Part shown: positions 16,255-33,500 of the stretch, piece after piece
How positions within the stretch are numbered: position 1 is the first letter of the stretch
Layout: every line of letters starts with the position of its first letter
From: the human T2T-CHM13v2.0 reference genome, Homo sapiens
DNA length: 64,000 nt
NCBI RefSeq assembly: GCF_009914755.1
Contig: NC_060937.1
Strand: one strand, 5' to 3'
Made by a program: the position numbers and the translations under genes
Notes under the pieces: model-generated
The model's database searches: none
Seen by the model: the letters and a program-made list of their open reading frames with translations, nothing else
Told to the model about the DNA's origin: nothing

Positions 16255-19200
16255 AAAGTACCCCAAATATATATTATATACTCTACATGAAATATCAAAG
16301 TTCACAAACTAAATATTATGTACTGTACATAAAATATCAAAGTACCCAAGGTATATATTCTATACTGCACAAAAAATATCAAAGTACCCAAAGCATGTAT
16401 TATATACTGTACATAAAATATGAAAGTACATCAAATATATATTTTATTCTGTACATAAAATATCAAATTACACCAGATATATATTCTATAGTGTACATAA
16501 AATATCAAAGTACCCAAACTATACATTATATACTGTACATAAAATATGAAATTACATCAAATATATATTAGGTACATAAAATATGAAAGTACATCAAATA
16601 TAGATTATATACTGTACATAAAATATCAAAGTACCCCAAATATATATTTTATACTCTACATGAAATATCAAAGTTCACAAACTATATATTATATACTGTA
16701 CATAAAATATCAAAGTACCCAAGGTATATATTCTATACTGTACAAAAAATATCAAAGTACCCAAAGCATGTATTATATACTGTACATAAAATATGAAAGT
16801 ACATCAAATATATATTTTATTCTGTATATAAAATATCAAGGTAAACCAGATATATATTCTATAGTGTACATAAAATATCAAAGTACCCAAACTATACATT
16901 ATATACTGTACATAAAATATGAAATTACATCAAATATATATTATATTAGGTACATAAAATATGAAAGTACATCAAATATAGATTATATACTGTACATTAA
17001 ATACCAAAGTACCCCAAATATATATTTTATACTGTACATGAAATATCAAAGTTCACAAACTATATATTATACACTGTACATAAAATATCAAAGTACCCAA
17101 GGTATATATTCTATACTGTACAAAAGATATCAAAGTACCCAAAGCATGTATTATATACTGTGCATAAAATATGAAAGTACATCAAATATATATTTTATTC
17201 TGTACATAAAATATCAAAGTACACCAGATATATATTCTATAGTGTACATAAAATATCAAAGTACCCAAACTATTTATTATATACTGTACATAAAATATGA
17301 AATTACATCAAATATATATTATATTAGGTACATAAAATATGAAAGTACATCAAATATAGATTATATACTGTACATAAAATACCAAAGTACCACAAATATA
17401 TATTTTATACTGTACATGAAATATCAAAGTTCACAAACTATATGTTATATACTGTACATAAAATATCAAAGTACCCAAGGTATATATTCTATACTCTACA
17501 AAAAATATCAAAGTACCAACAGCATGTATTATATACTGTACCTAAAATATGAAAGTACATCAAATATATATTTTATTCTGTACATAAAATATCAAAGTAC
17601 ACCAGATATATATTCTATAGTGTACATAAAATATCAAAGTACCCAAAGTATACATTATATACTGTACATAAAATATGAAATTACATGAAATATATATTAG
17701 GTACGTAAAATATGAAAGTACATCAAATATAGATTATATACTGTACATAAAATATCAAAGTACCCCAAATATATATTATATACTCTACATGAAATATCAA
17801 AGTTCACAAACTATATATTATATACTGTACATAAAATATCAAAGTACCCAAGGTATATATTCGATACTCTACAAAAAATATCAAAGTACCCAAAGCATGT
17901 ATTATATACTGTACATAAAATATGAAAGTACATCAAATATATATTTTATTCTGTACATAAAATATGAAGGTACACCAGATATATATTCTATAGTGTACAT
18001 AAAATAGCAAACTACACAAACTATAAATTATATACTGTACATAAAATATGAAATTACATCAAATATATATTAGGTACATAAAATATGAAAGTACATCAAA
18101 TATAGATTATATACTGTACATAAAATATCAATGTACCCAAAATATATATTTTATACTCTACATGAAATATCAAAGTTCACAAACCATATATTGTATACTG
18201 TACATAAAATATCAAAGTACCCAAGGTATGTATTCTATACTGTACAAAAAATATCAAAGTACCCAAAGCATGTATTATATACTGTACATAAAATATGAAA
18301 GTACATCAAATATATATTTTATTCTGTACATAAAATATCCAAGTACACCAGATATATATTCTATAGTGTACATAAAATATCAAAGTACCCAAACTATACA
18401 TTATATACTGTACATAAAATATGAAATTACATCAAATATATATTATATTAGGTACATAAAATATGAAAGTACATCAAATATAGATTATATAATGTACATT
18501 AAATACCAAAGTACCCCAAATATATATTTTATACTGTACATGAAATATCAAAGTTCACAAACTCTATATTATATACTTTACATAAAATATCAAAGTACAC
18601 AAGGTATATATTCTATACTGTACAAAAGATATCAAAGTACCCAAAGCATGTATTATATACTGTACATAAAATATGAAACTACATCAAATATATATTTTAT
18701 TCTGTACAAAAAATACAAAGTACACCAGACATATTTTCTATAGTGTACATAAAATATCAAAGTACCCAAAGCATGTATTATATACTGTACATAAAATATG
18801 AAAGTACATCAAATATATATTTTATTCTGTACATAAAATATCCAAGTACACCAGATATATATTCTATAGTGTACATAAAATATCAAAGTACCCAAACTAT
18901 ACATTATATACTGTACATAAAATATGAAATTACATCAAATATATATTATATTAGGTACATAAAATATGAAAGTACATGAAATATAGATTATACACACTAC
19001 ATAAAATATCAAAGTACCCCAAATATATATTATATACTCTACATGAAATATCAAAGTTTGCAAACTATATATTATATACTGTACATAAAATAAAGTCCCC
19101 AAGGTATATATTCTATACTGTAGATAAAATACCAAAGTACCCAAAGCATGTATTATATACTGTACATAAAATATGAAAGTACATCAAATATATATTTTAT

Positions 19201-22200
19201 TCTGTACATAAAATATCAAAGTACACCAGATATATATTCTATAGTGTACATAAAATAACAAAGTACAAAAACTATAAATTATATACTGTACATAAAATAT
19301 GAAATTACATCAAATATATATTAGGTACATAAAATATGAAAGTACATCAAATATAGATTATATACTGTACATAAAATTTCAATGTACCCCAAATATATAT
19401 TTTATACTCTACATGAAATATCAAAGTTCACAAACCATATATTATATACTGTACATAAAATATCAAAGTACCCAAGGAATATATTCTATACTATACAAAA
19501 AATATCAAAGTACCCAAAGCATGTATTATATACTGTACCTAAAATATGAAAGTACATCAAATATATATTTTATTCTGTACATAAAATATCAAAGTACACC
19601 AGATATATATTCTATAGTGTACATAAAATATCAAAGTACCCAAACTATACATTATATACTGTACATAAAATATGAAACTACATCAAATATATTTTATATT
19701 AGGTACATAAAATATAAAAGTACATCAAATATAGATTATATACTGTACATTAAATACCAAAGTACCCCAAATATATATTTTATACTGTACATGAAATATC
19801 AAAGTTCACAAACTATATATTATATACTGTACATAAAATATCAAAGTACCCAAGGTATATATTCTATACTGTACAAAAAAATATCAAAGTACCCAAAGCA
19901 TGTATTATATACTGTACCTAAAATATGAAAGTACATCAAATATATATTTTATTCTGTACATAAAATATCAAAGTACACCAGATATATATTCTATAGTGTA
20001 CATAAAATATCAAAGTACCCAAACTATACATTATATACTGTACATAAAATATGAAATTACATCAAATATATATTATATTAGGTACATAAAATATGAAAGT
20101 ACATCAAATATAGATTATACACACTACATAAAATATCAAAGTACCCCAAATATATATTATATACTCTACATGAAATATCAAAGTTTGCAAACTATATATT
20201 ATATACTGTACATAAAATAAAGTCCCCAAGGTATATATTCTATACTGTAGATAAAATACCAAAGTACCCAAAGCATGTATTATATACTGTATATAAAATA
20301 TGGAAGTACATCAAATATATATTTTATTCTGTACATAAAATATCAAAGTACACCAGATATATATTCTATAGTGTACATAAAATAACAAAGTACAAAAACT
20401 ATAAATTATATACTGTACATAAAATATGAAATTACATCAAATATATATTAGGTACATAAAATATGAAAGTACATCAAATATAGATTATATACTGTACATA
20501 TAATTTCAATGTACCCCAAATATATATTTTATACTCTACATGAAATATCAAAGTTCACAAACCATATATTATATACTGTACATAAAATATCAAAGTACCC
20601 AAGGAATATATTCTATACTATACAAAAAATATCAAAGTACCCAAAGCATGTATTATATACTTACCTAAAATATGAAAGTACATCAAATATATATTTTATT
20701 CTGTACATAAAATATCAAAGTACACCAGATATATATTCTATAGTGTACATAAAATATCAAAGTACCCAAACTATACATTATATACTGTACATAAAATATG
20801 AAATTACATCAAATATATTTTATATTAGGTACATAAAATATAAAAGTACATCAAATATAGATTATATACTGTACATTAAATACCAAAGTACCCCAAATAT
20901 ATATTTTATACTGTACATGAAATATCAAAGTTCACAAACTATATATTATATACTGTACATAAAATATCAAAGTACCCAAGGTATATATTCTATACTGTAC
21001 AAAAAATATCAAAGTACCCAAAGCATGTATTATACACTGTACATAAAATATGAAAGTACATCAAATATATATTTTATTCTGTACATAAAATATCAAAGTA
21101 CACCAGATATATATTCTATAGTGTACATAAAATATCAAAGTACCCAAACTATACATTATATACTGCAAATAAAATATGAAATTACATCAAATATATATTA
21201 TATGAGGTACATAAAATATGAAAGTACATCAAATATAGATTATATACTGTACATTAAATATCAAAGTACCCCAAATATATATTTTATACTGTACATGAAA
21301 TATCAAAGTTCACAAACTATATATTATATACTGTACATAAAATATCAAAGTACCCAAGGTATATATTCTATACTGTACAAAAAAATATCAAAGTACCCAA
21401 AGCATGTATTATATACTGTACATAAAATATGAAAGTACATCAAATATATATTTTATTCTGTACATAAAATATCAAAGTACACCAGATATATATTCTATAG
21501 TGTACATAAAATATCAAAGTACCCAAACTATACATTATATACTGTACATAAAATATGAAATTACATCAAATATATATTATATTAGGTACATAAAATATGA
21601 AAGTACATCAAATATAGATTATACACACTACATAAAATATCAAAGTACCCCAAATATATATTATATACTCTACATGAAATATCAAAGTTTGCAAACTATA
21701 TATTATATACTGTACATAAAATAAAGTCCCCAAGGTATATATTCTATACTGTAGATAAAATACCAAAGTACCCAAAGCATGTATTATATACTGTATATAA
21801 AATATGGAAGTACATCAAATATATATTTTATTCTGTACATAAAATATCAAAGTACACCAGATATATATTCTATAGTGTACATAAAATAACAAAGTACAAA
21901 AACTATAAATTATATACTGTACATAAAATATGAAATTACATCAAATATATATTAGGTACATAAAATATGAAAGTACATCAAATATAGATTATATACTGTA
22001 CATAAAATTTCAATGTACCCCAAATATATATTTTATACTCTACATGAAATATCAAAGTTCACAAACCATATATTATATACTGTACATAAAATATCAAAGA
22101 ACCCAAGGAATATATTCTATACTATACAAAAAATATCAAAGTACCCAAAGCATGTATTATATACTGTACCTAAAATATGAAAGTACATCAAATATATATT

Positions 22201-24535
22201 TTATTCTGTACATAAAATATCAAAGTACACCAGATATATATTCTATAGTGTACATAAAATATCAAAGTACCCAAACTATACATTATATACTGTACATAAA
22301 ATATGAAATTACATCAAATATATATTATATTAGGTACATAAAATATAAAAGTACATCAAATATAGATTATATACTGTACATTAAATACCAAAGTACCCCA
22401 AATATATATTATATACTCTACATGAAATATCAAAGTTCACAAACTATATATTATGTACTGTACATAAAATATCAAAGTACCCAAGGTATATATTCTATAC
22501 TGCACAAAAAATATCAAAGTACCCAAAGCATGTATTATATACTGTACATAAAATATGAAAGTACATCAAATATATATTTTATTCTGTACATAAAATATCA
22601 AATTACACCAGATATATATTCTATAGTGTACATAAAATATCAAAGTACCCAAACTATACATTATATACTGTACATAAAATATGAAATTACATCAAATATA
22701 TATTAGGTACATAAAATATGAAAGTACATCAAATATAGATTATATACTGTACATAAAATATCAAAGTACCCCAAATATATATTTTATACTCTACATGAAA
22801 TATCAAAGTTCACAAACTATATATTATATACTGTACCTAAAATATCAAAGTACCCAAGGTATATATTCTATACTGTACAAAAAATATCAAAGTACCCAAA
22901 GCATGTATTATATACTGTACATAAAATATGAAAGTACATCAAATATATATTTTATTCTGTATATAAAATATCAAGGTAAACCAGATATATATTCTATAGT
23001 GTACATAAAATATCAAAGTACCCTAACTATACATTATATACTGTACATAAAATATGAAATTACATCAAATATATATTATATTAGGTACATAAAATATGAA
23101 AGTACATCAAATATAGATTATATACTGTACATTAAATACCAAAGTACCCCAAATATATATTTTATACTGTACATGAAATATCAAAGTTCACAAACTATAT
23201 ATTATACACTGTACATAAAATATCAAAGTACCCAAGGTATATATTCTATACTGTACAAAAGATATCAAAGTACCCAAAGCATGTATTATATACTGTACAT
23301 AAAATATGAAAGTACATCAAATATATATTTTATTCTGTACATAAAATATCAAAGTACACCAGATATATATTCTATAGTGTACATAAAATATCAAAGTACC
23401 CAAACTATTTATTATACACTGTACATAAAATATGAAATTACATCAAATATATATTATATTAGGTACATAAAATATGAAAGTACATCAAATATAGATTATA
23501 TACTGTACATAAAATACCAAAGTACCACAAATATATATTTTATACTGTACATGAAATATCAAAGTTCACAAACTGTATGTTATATACTGTACATAAAATA
23601 TCAAAGTACCCAAGGTATATATTCTATACTCTACAAAAAATATCAAAGTACCAACAGCATGTATTATATACTGTACCTAAAATATGAAAGTACATCAAAT
23701 ATATATTTTATTCTGTACATAAAATATCAAAGTACACCAGATATATATTCTATAGTGTACATAAAATATCAAAGTACCCAAAGTATACATTATATACTGT
23801 ACATAAAATATGAAATTACATGAAATATATATTAGGTACGTAAAATATGAAAGTACATCAAATATAGATTATATACTGTACATAAAATATCAAAGTACCC
23901 CAAATATATATTATATACTCTACATGAAATATCAAAGTTCACAAACCATACATTATATACTGTACATAAAATATCAAAGTACCCAAGGTATGTATTCTAT
24001 ACTGTACAAAAAATATCAAAGTACCCAAAGCATGTATTATATACTGTACATAAAATATGAAAGTACATCAAATATATATTTTATTCTGTACATAAAATAT
24101 GAAGGTACACCAGATATATATTCTATAGTGTACATAAAATAGCAAACTACACAAACTATAAATTATATACTGTACATAAAATATGAAATTACATCAAATA
24201 TATATTAGGTACATAAAATATGAAAGTACATCAAATATAGATTATATACTGTACATAAAATATCAATGTACCCAAAATATATATTTTATACTCTACATGA
24301 AATATCAAAGTTCACAAACCATATATTGTATACTGTACATAAAATATCAAAGTACCCAAGGTATGTATTCTATACTGTACAAAAAATATCAAAGTACCCA
24401 AAGCATGTATTATATACTGTACATAAAATATGAAAGTACATCAAATATATATTTTATTCTGTACATAAAATATCAAAGTACACCAGATATATATTCTATA
24501 GTGTACATAAAATATCAAAGTACCCAAACTATACA
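16255..24535 (+). repeat. Interspersed duplication with 6,135-bp offset (~16255-18400 matches ~22390-24535)
   Basis: ORF pairs 16546/22681, 17675/23810 and 18048/24183 are offset by 6135. Shared variants include CAAGGTAAACC, ACCAACAGC, TTACATGAAA..GGTACGT and TAGCAAACTAC. Confidence 0.87.
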
Positions 24536-27500
24536 TTATATACTGCACATAAAATATGAAATTACATCAAATATATATTATATGAGGTACATAAAATATG
24601 AAAGTACATCAAATATAGATTATATACTGTACATTAAATATCAAAGTACCCCAAATATATATTTTATACTGTACATGAAATATCAAAGTTCACAAACTAT
24701 ATATTATATACTGTACATAAAATATCAAAATACCCAAGGTATATATTCTATACTGTACAAAAAAATATCAAAGTACCCAAAGCATGTATTATATACTGTA
24801 CATAAAATATGAAAGTACATCAAATATATATTTTATTCTGTACATAAAATATCAAAGTACACCAGATATATATTCTATAGTGTACATAAAATATCAAAGT
24901 ACCCAAACTATACATTATATACTGTACATAAAATATGAAATTACATCAAATATATATTATATTAGGTACATAAAATATGAAAGTACATCAAATATAGATT
25001 ATACACACTACATAAAATATCAAAGTACCCCAAATATATATTATATACTCTACATGAAATATCAAAGTTTGCAAACTATATATTATATACTGTACATAAA
25101 ATAAAGTCCCCAAGGTATATATTCTATACTGTAGATAAAATACCAAAGTACCCAAAGCATGTATTATATACTGTATATAAAATATGGAAGTACATCAAAT
25201 ATATATTTTATTCTGTACATAAAATATCAAAGTACACCAGATATATATTCTATAGTGTACATAAAATAACAAAGTACAAAAACTATAAATTATATACTGT
25301 ACATAAAATATGAAATTACATCAAATATATATTAGGTACATAAAATATGAAAGTACATCAAATATAGATTATATACTGTACATAAAATTTCAATGTACCC
25401 CAAATATATATTTTATACTCTACATGAAATATCAAAGTTCACAAACCATATATTATATACTGTACATAAAATCTCAAAGTACCCAAGGAATATATTCTAT
25501 ACTATACAAAAAATATCAAAGTACCCAAAGCATGTATTATATACTGTACCTAAAATATGAAAGTACATCAAATATATATTTTATTCTGTACATAAAATAT
25601 CAAAGTACACCAGATATATATTCTATAGTGTACATAAAATATCAAAGTACCCAAACTATACATTATATACTGTACATAAAATATGAAATTACATCAAATA
25701 TATTTTATATTAGGTACATAAAATATAAAAGTACATCAAATATAGATTATATACTGTACATTAAATAGCAAAGTACCCCAAATATATATTTTATACTGTA
25801 CATGAAATATCAAAGTTCACAAACTATATATTATATACTGTACATATAATATCAAAGTACCCAAGGTATATATTCTATACTGTACAAAAAATATCAAAGT
25901 ACCAAAAGCATGTATTATATACTGTACACAAAATATGAAAGTACATCAAATATATATTTTATTCTGTACATAAAATATCAAAGTACACCAGATACATATT
26001 CTATAGTGTACATAAAATATCAAAGTACCCAAACTATACATTATATACTGTAAATAAAATGTGAAATTACATCAAATATATTTTATATTAGGTACATAAA
26101 ATATGAAAGTACATCAAATATAGATTATATACTGTACATTAAATACCAAAGTACCCCAAACATATATTTTATACTATACATGAAATATCAAAGTTCACAA
26201 ACTATATATTATATACTGTACATAAAATATCAAAGTACCCAAGGTATATATTCTATACTGTACAAAAAATATCAAAGTACCCAAAGCATGTATTATATAC
26301 TGTACATTAAATATGAAAGTACATCAAATATATATTTTATTCTGTACATAATATATCAAAGTACACCAGATATATATTCTATAGTGTACATAAAATAACA
26401 AAGTACACAAACTATAAATTATATACTGTACATAAAATATGAAATTACATCAAATATATATTAGGTACATAAAATATATAAGTACATCCAATATAGATTA
26501 TATACTGTACATAAAATATCAATGTACCCCAAATATATATTTTATAGTCTACATGAAATATCAAAGTTCACAAACCATATATTGTATACTGTACATAAAA
26601 TATCAAAGTACCCAAGGTATATATTCTATACTGTACAAAAAATATCAAAGTACCCAAGGCATGTATTATACACTGTACATAAAATATGAAAGTACATCAA
26701 ATATATATTTTATTCTGTACATAAAATATCAAAGTACACCAGATATATATTCTATAGTGTACATAAAATATCAAAGTACCCAAACTATACATTATATACT
26801 GCACATAAAATATGAAATTACATCAAATATATATTATATGAGGTACATAAAATATGAAAGTACATCAAATATAGATTATATACTGTACATTAAATATCAA
26901 AGTACCCCAAATATATATTTTATACTGTACATGAAATATCAAAGTTCACTAACTATATATTATATACTGTACATAAAATATCAAAGTACCCAAGGTATAT
27001 ATTCTATACTGTACAAAAAAATATCAAAGTACCCAAAGCATGTATTATATACTGTACCTAAAATATGAAAGTACATGAAATATATATTTTATTCTGTACA
27101 TAAAATATCAAAGTACACCAGATATATATTCTATAGTGTACATAAAATATCAAAGTACCCAAACTATACATTATATACTGTACATAAAATATGAAATTAC
27201 ATCAAATATATATTATATTAGGTACATAAAATATGAAAGTACTTCAAATATAGATTATATACTGTACATTAAATACCAAAGTACCCCAAATATATATTTT
27301 ATACTGTACATGAAATATCAAAGTTCACAAACTATATATTATACACTGTACATAAAATATCAAAGTACCCAAGGTATATATTCTATACTGTACAAAAGAT
27401 ATCAAAGTACCCAAAGCATGTATTATATACTGTGCATAAAATATGAAAGTACATCAAATATATATTTTATTCTGTACATAAAATATCAAAGTACACCAGA

Positions 27501-30500
27501 TATATATTCTATAGTGTACATAAAATATCAAAGTACCCAAACTATTTATTATATACTGTACATAAAATATGAAATTACATCAAATATATATTATATTAGG
27601 TACATAAAATATGAAAGTACATCAAATATAGATTATATACTGTACATAAAATACCAAAGTACCACAAATATATATTTTATACTGTACATGAAATATCAAA
27701 GTTCACAAACTATATGTTATATACTGTACATAAAATATCAAAGTACCCAAGGTATATATTCTATACTCTACAAAAAATATCAAAGTACCAACAGCATGTA
27801 TTATATACTGTACCTAAAATATGAAAGTACATCAAATATATATTTTATTCTGTACATAAAATATCAAAGTACACCAGATATATATTCTATAGTGTACATA
27901 AAATATCAAAGTACCCAAAGTATACATTATATACTGTACATAAAATATGAAATTACATGAAATATATATTAGGTACGTAAAATATGAAAGTACATCAAAT
28001 ATAGATTATATACTGTACATAAAATATCAAAGTACCCCAAATATATATTATATACTCTACATGAAATATCAAAGTTCACAAACTATATATTATATACTGT
28101 ACATAAAATATCAAAGTACCCAAGGTATATATTCGATACTCTACAAAAAATATCAAAGTACCCAAAGCATGTATTATATACTGTACATAAAATATGAAAG
28201 TACATCAAATATATATTTTATTCTGTACATAAAATATGAAGGTACACCAGATATATATTCTATAGTGTACATAAAATAGCAAACTACACAAACTATAAAT
28301 TATATACTGTACATAAAATATGAAATTACATCAAATATATATTAGGTACATAAAATATGAAAGTACATCAAATATAGATTATATACTGTACATAAAATAT
28401 CAATGTACCCAAAATATATATTTTATACTCTACATGAAATATCAAAGTTCACAAACCATATATTGTATACTGTACATAAAATATCAAAGTACCCAAGGTA
28501 TGTATTCTATACTGTACAAAAAATATCAAAGTACCCAAAGCATGTATTATATACTGTACATAAAATATGAAAGTACATCAAATATATATTTTATTCTGTA
28601 CATAAAATATCCAAGTACACCAGATATATATTCTATAGTGTACATAAAATATCAAAGTACCCAAACTATACATTATATACTGTACATAAAATATGAAATT
28701 ACATCAAATATATATTATATTAGGTACATAAAATATGAAAGTACATCAAATATAGATTATATAATGTACATTAAATACCAAAGTACCCCAAATATATATT
28801 TTATACTGTACATGAAATATCAAAGTTCACAAACTCTATATTATATACTTTACATAAAATATCAAAGTACACAAGGTATATATTCTATACTGTACAAAAG
28901 ATATCAAAGTACCCAAAGCATGTATTATATACTGTACATAAAATATGAAACTACATCAAATATATATTTTATTCTGTACAAAAAATACAAAGTACACCAG
29001 ACATATTTTCTATAGTGTACATAAAATATCAAAGTACCCAAAGCATGTATTATATACTGTACATAAAATATGAAAGTACATCAAATATATATTTTATTCT
29101 GTACATAAAATATCCAAGTACACCAGATATATATTCTATAGTGTACATAAAATATCAAAGTACCCAAACTATACATTATATACTGTACATAAAATATGAA
29201 ATTACATCAAATATATATTATATTAGGTACATAAAATATGAAAGTACATGAAATATAGATTATACACACTACATAAAATATCAAAGTACCCCAAATATAT
29301 ATTATATACTCTACATGAAATATCAAAGTTTGCAAACTATATATTATATACTGTACATAAAATAAAGTCCCCAAGGTATATATTCTATACTGTAGATAAA
29401 ATACCAAAGTACCCAAAGCATGTATTATATACTGTACATAAAATATGAAAGTACATCAAATATATATTTTATTCTGTACATAAAATATCAAAGTACACCA
29501 GATATATATTCTATAGTGTACATAAAATAACAAAGTACAAAAACTATAAATTATATACTGTACATAAAATATGAAATTACATCAAATATATATTAGGTAC
29601 ATAAAATATGAAAGTACATCAAATATAGATTATATACTGTACATAAAATTTCAATGTACCCCAAATATATATTTTATACTCTACATGAAATATCAAAGTT
29701 CACAAACCATATATTATATACTGTACATAAAATATCAAAGTACCCAAGGAATATATTCTATACTATACAAAAAATATCAAAGTACCCAAAGCATGTATTA
29801 TATACTGTACCTAAAATATGAAAGTACATCAAATATATATTTTATTCTGTACATAAAATATCAAAGTACACCAGATATATATTCTATAGTGTACATAAAA
29901 TATCAAAGTACCCAAACTATACATTATATACTGTACATAAAATATGAAACTACATCAAATATATTTTATATTAGGTACATAAAATATAAAAGTACATCAA
30001 ATATAGATTATATACTGTACATTAAATACCAAAGTACCCCAAATATATATTTTATACTGTACATGAAATATCAAAGTTCACAAACTATATATTATATACT
30101 GTACATAAAATATCAAAGTACCCAAGGTATATATTCTATACTGTACAAAAAAATATCAAAGTACCCAAAGCATGTATTATATACTGTACCTAAAATATGA
30201 AAGTACATCAAATATATATTTTATTCTGTACATAAAATATCAAAGTACACCAGATATATATTCTATAGTGTACATAAAATATCAAAGTACCCAAACTATA
30301 CATTATATACTGTACATAAAATATGAAATTACATCAAATATATATTATATTAGGTACATAAAATATGAAAGTACATCAAATATAGATTATACACACTACA
30401 TAAAATATCAAAGTACCCCAAATATATATTATATACTCTACATGAAATATCAAAGTTTGCAAACTATATATTATATACTGTACATAAAATAAAGTCCCCA

Positions 30501-33500
30501 AGGTATATATTCTATACTGTAGATAAAATACCAAAGTACCCAAAGCATGTATTATATACTGTATATAAAATATGGAAGTACATCAAATATATATTTTATT
30601 CTGTACATAAAATATCAAAGTACACCAGATATATATTCTATAGTGTACATAAAATAACAAAGTACAAAAACTATAAATTATATACTGTACATAAAATATG
30701 AAATTACATCAAATATATATTAGGTACATAAAATATGAAAGTACATCAAATATAGATTATATACTGTACATATAATTTCAATGTACCCCAAATATATATT
30801 TTATACTCTACATGAAATATCAAAGTTCACAAACCATATATTATATACTGTACATAAAATATCAAAGTACCCAAGGAATATATTCTATACTATACAAAAA
30901 ATATCAAAGTACCCAAAGCATGTATTATATACTTACCTAAAATATGAAAGTACATCAAATATATATTTTATTCTGTACATAAAATATCAAAGTACACCAG
31001 ATATATATTCTATAGTGTACATAAAATATCAAAGTACCCAAACTATACATTATATACTGTACATAAAATATGAAATTACATCAAATATATTTTATATTAG
31101 GTACATAAAATATAAAAGTACATCAAATATAGATTATATACTGTACATTAAATACCAAAGTACCCCAAATATATATTTTATACTGTACATGAAATATCAA
31201 AGTTCACAAACTATATATTATATACTGTACATAAAATATCAAAGTACCCAAGGTATATATTCTATACTGTACAAAAAATATCAAAGTACCCAAAGCATGT
31301 ATTATACACTGTACATAAAATATGAAAGTACATCAAATATATATTTTATTCTGTACATAAAATATCAAAGTACACCAGATATATATTCTATAGTGTACAT
31401 AAAATATCAAAGTACCCAAACTATACATTATATACTGCAAATAAAATATGAAATTACATCAAATATATATTATATGAGGTACATAAAATATGAAAGTACA
31501 TCAAATATAGATTATATACTGTACATTAAATATCAAAGTACCCCAAATATATATTTTATACTGTACATGAAATATCAAAGTTCACAAACTATATATTATA
31601 TACTGTACATAAAATATCAAAGTACCCAAGGTATATATTCTATACTGTACAAAAAAATATCAAAGTACCCAAAGCATGTATTATATACTGTACATAAAAT
31701 ATGAAAGTACATCAAATATATATTTTATTCTGTACATAAAATATCAAAGTACACCAGATATATATTCTATAGTGTACATAAAATATCAAAGTACCCAAAC
31801 TATACATTATATACTGTACATAAAATATGAAATTACATCAAATATATATTATATTAGGTACATAAAATATGAAAGTACATCAAATATAGATTATACACAC
31901 TACATAAAATATCAAAGTACCCCAAATATATATTATATACTCTACATGAAATATCAAAGTTTGCAAACTATATATTATATACTGTACATAAAATAAAGTC
32001 CCCAAGGTATATATTCTATACTGTAGATAAAATACCAAAGTACCCAAAGCATGTATTATATACTGTATATAAAATATGGAAGTACATCAAATATATATTT
32101 TATTCTGTACATAAAATATCAAAGTACACCAGATATATATTCTATAGTGTACATAAAATAACAAAGTACAAAAACTATAAATTATATACTGTACATAAAA
32201 TATGAAATTACATCAAATATATATTAGGTACATAAAATATGAAAGTACATCAAATATAGATTATATACTGTACATAAAATTTCAATGTACCCCAAATATA
32301 TATTTTATACTCTACATGAAATATCAAAGTTCACAAACCATATATTATATACTGTACATAAAATATCAAAGAACCCAAGGAATATATTCTATACTATACA
32401 AAAAATATCAAAGTACCCAAAGCATGTATTATATACTGTACCTAAAATATGAAAGTACATCAAATATATATTTTATTCTGTACATAAAATATCAAAGTAC
32501 ACCAGATATATATTCTATAGTGTACATAAAATATCAAAGTACCCAAACTATACATTATATACTGTACATAAAATATGAAATTACATCAAATATATATTAT
32601 ATTAGGTACATAAAATATAAAAGTACATCAAATATAGATTATATACTGTACATTAAATACCAAAGTACCCCAAATATATATTATATACTCTACATGAAAT
32701 ATCAAAGTTCACAAACTATATATTATGTACTGTACATAAAATATCAAAGTACCCAAGGTATATATTCTATACTGCACAAAAAATATCAAAGTACCCAAAG
32801 CATGTATTATATACTGTACATAAAATATGAAAGTACATCAAATATATATTTTATTCTGTACATAAAATATCAAATTACACCAGATATATATTCTATAGTG
32901 TACATAAAATATCAAAGTACCCAAACTATACATTATATACTGTACATAAAATATGAAATTACATCAAATATATATTAGGTACATAAAATATGAAAGTACA
33001 TCAAATATAGATTATATACTGTACATAAAATATCAAAGTACCCCAAATATATATTTTATACTCTACATGAAATATCAAAGTTCACAAACTATATATTATA
33101 TACTGTACCTAAAATATCAAAGTACCCAAGGTATATATTCTATACTGTACAAAAAATATCAAAGTACCCAAAGCATGTATTATATACTGTACATAAAATA
33201 TGAAAGTACATCAAATATATATTTTATTCTGTATATAAAATATCAAGGTAAACCAGATATATATTCTATAGTGTACATAAAATATCAAAGTACCCTAACT
33301 ATACATTATATACTGTACATAAAATATGAAATTACATCAAATATATATTATATTAGGTACATAAAATATGAAAGTACATCAAATATAGATTATATACTGT
33401 ACATTAAATACCAAAGTACCCCAAATATATATTTTATACTGTACATGAAATATCAAAGTTCACAAACTATATATTATACACTGTACATAAAATATCAAAG

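Larger units (their letters stand above)
1..16456 (+). repeat. Tandem segmental duplication with 9,489-bp period (1-6967 matches 9490-16456)
   Basis: ORF starts are offset by exactly 9489 (586/10075, 1493/10982, 2261/11750, 3655/13144, 5090/14579, 6497/15986, 6798/16287). Private variants are shared, e.g. ACGCCAGA at 661/10150 and TCATTATAGA at 5101/14590. The match breaks near 6968/16457. Confidence 0.92.
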
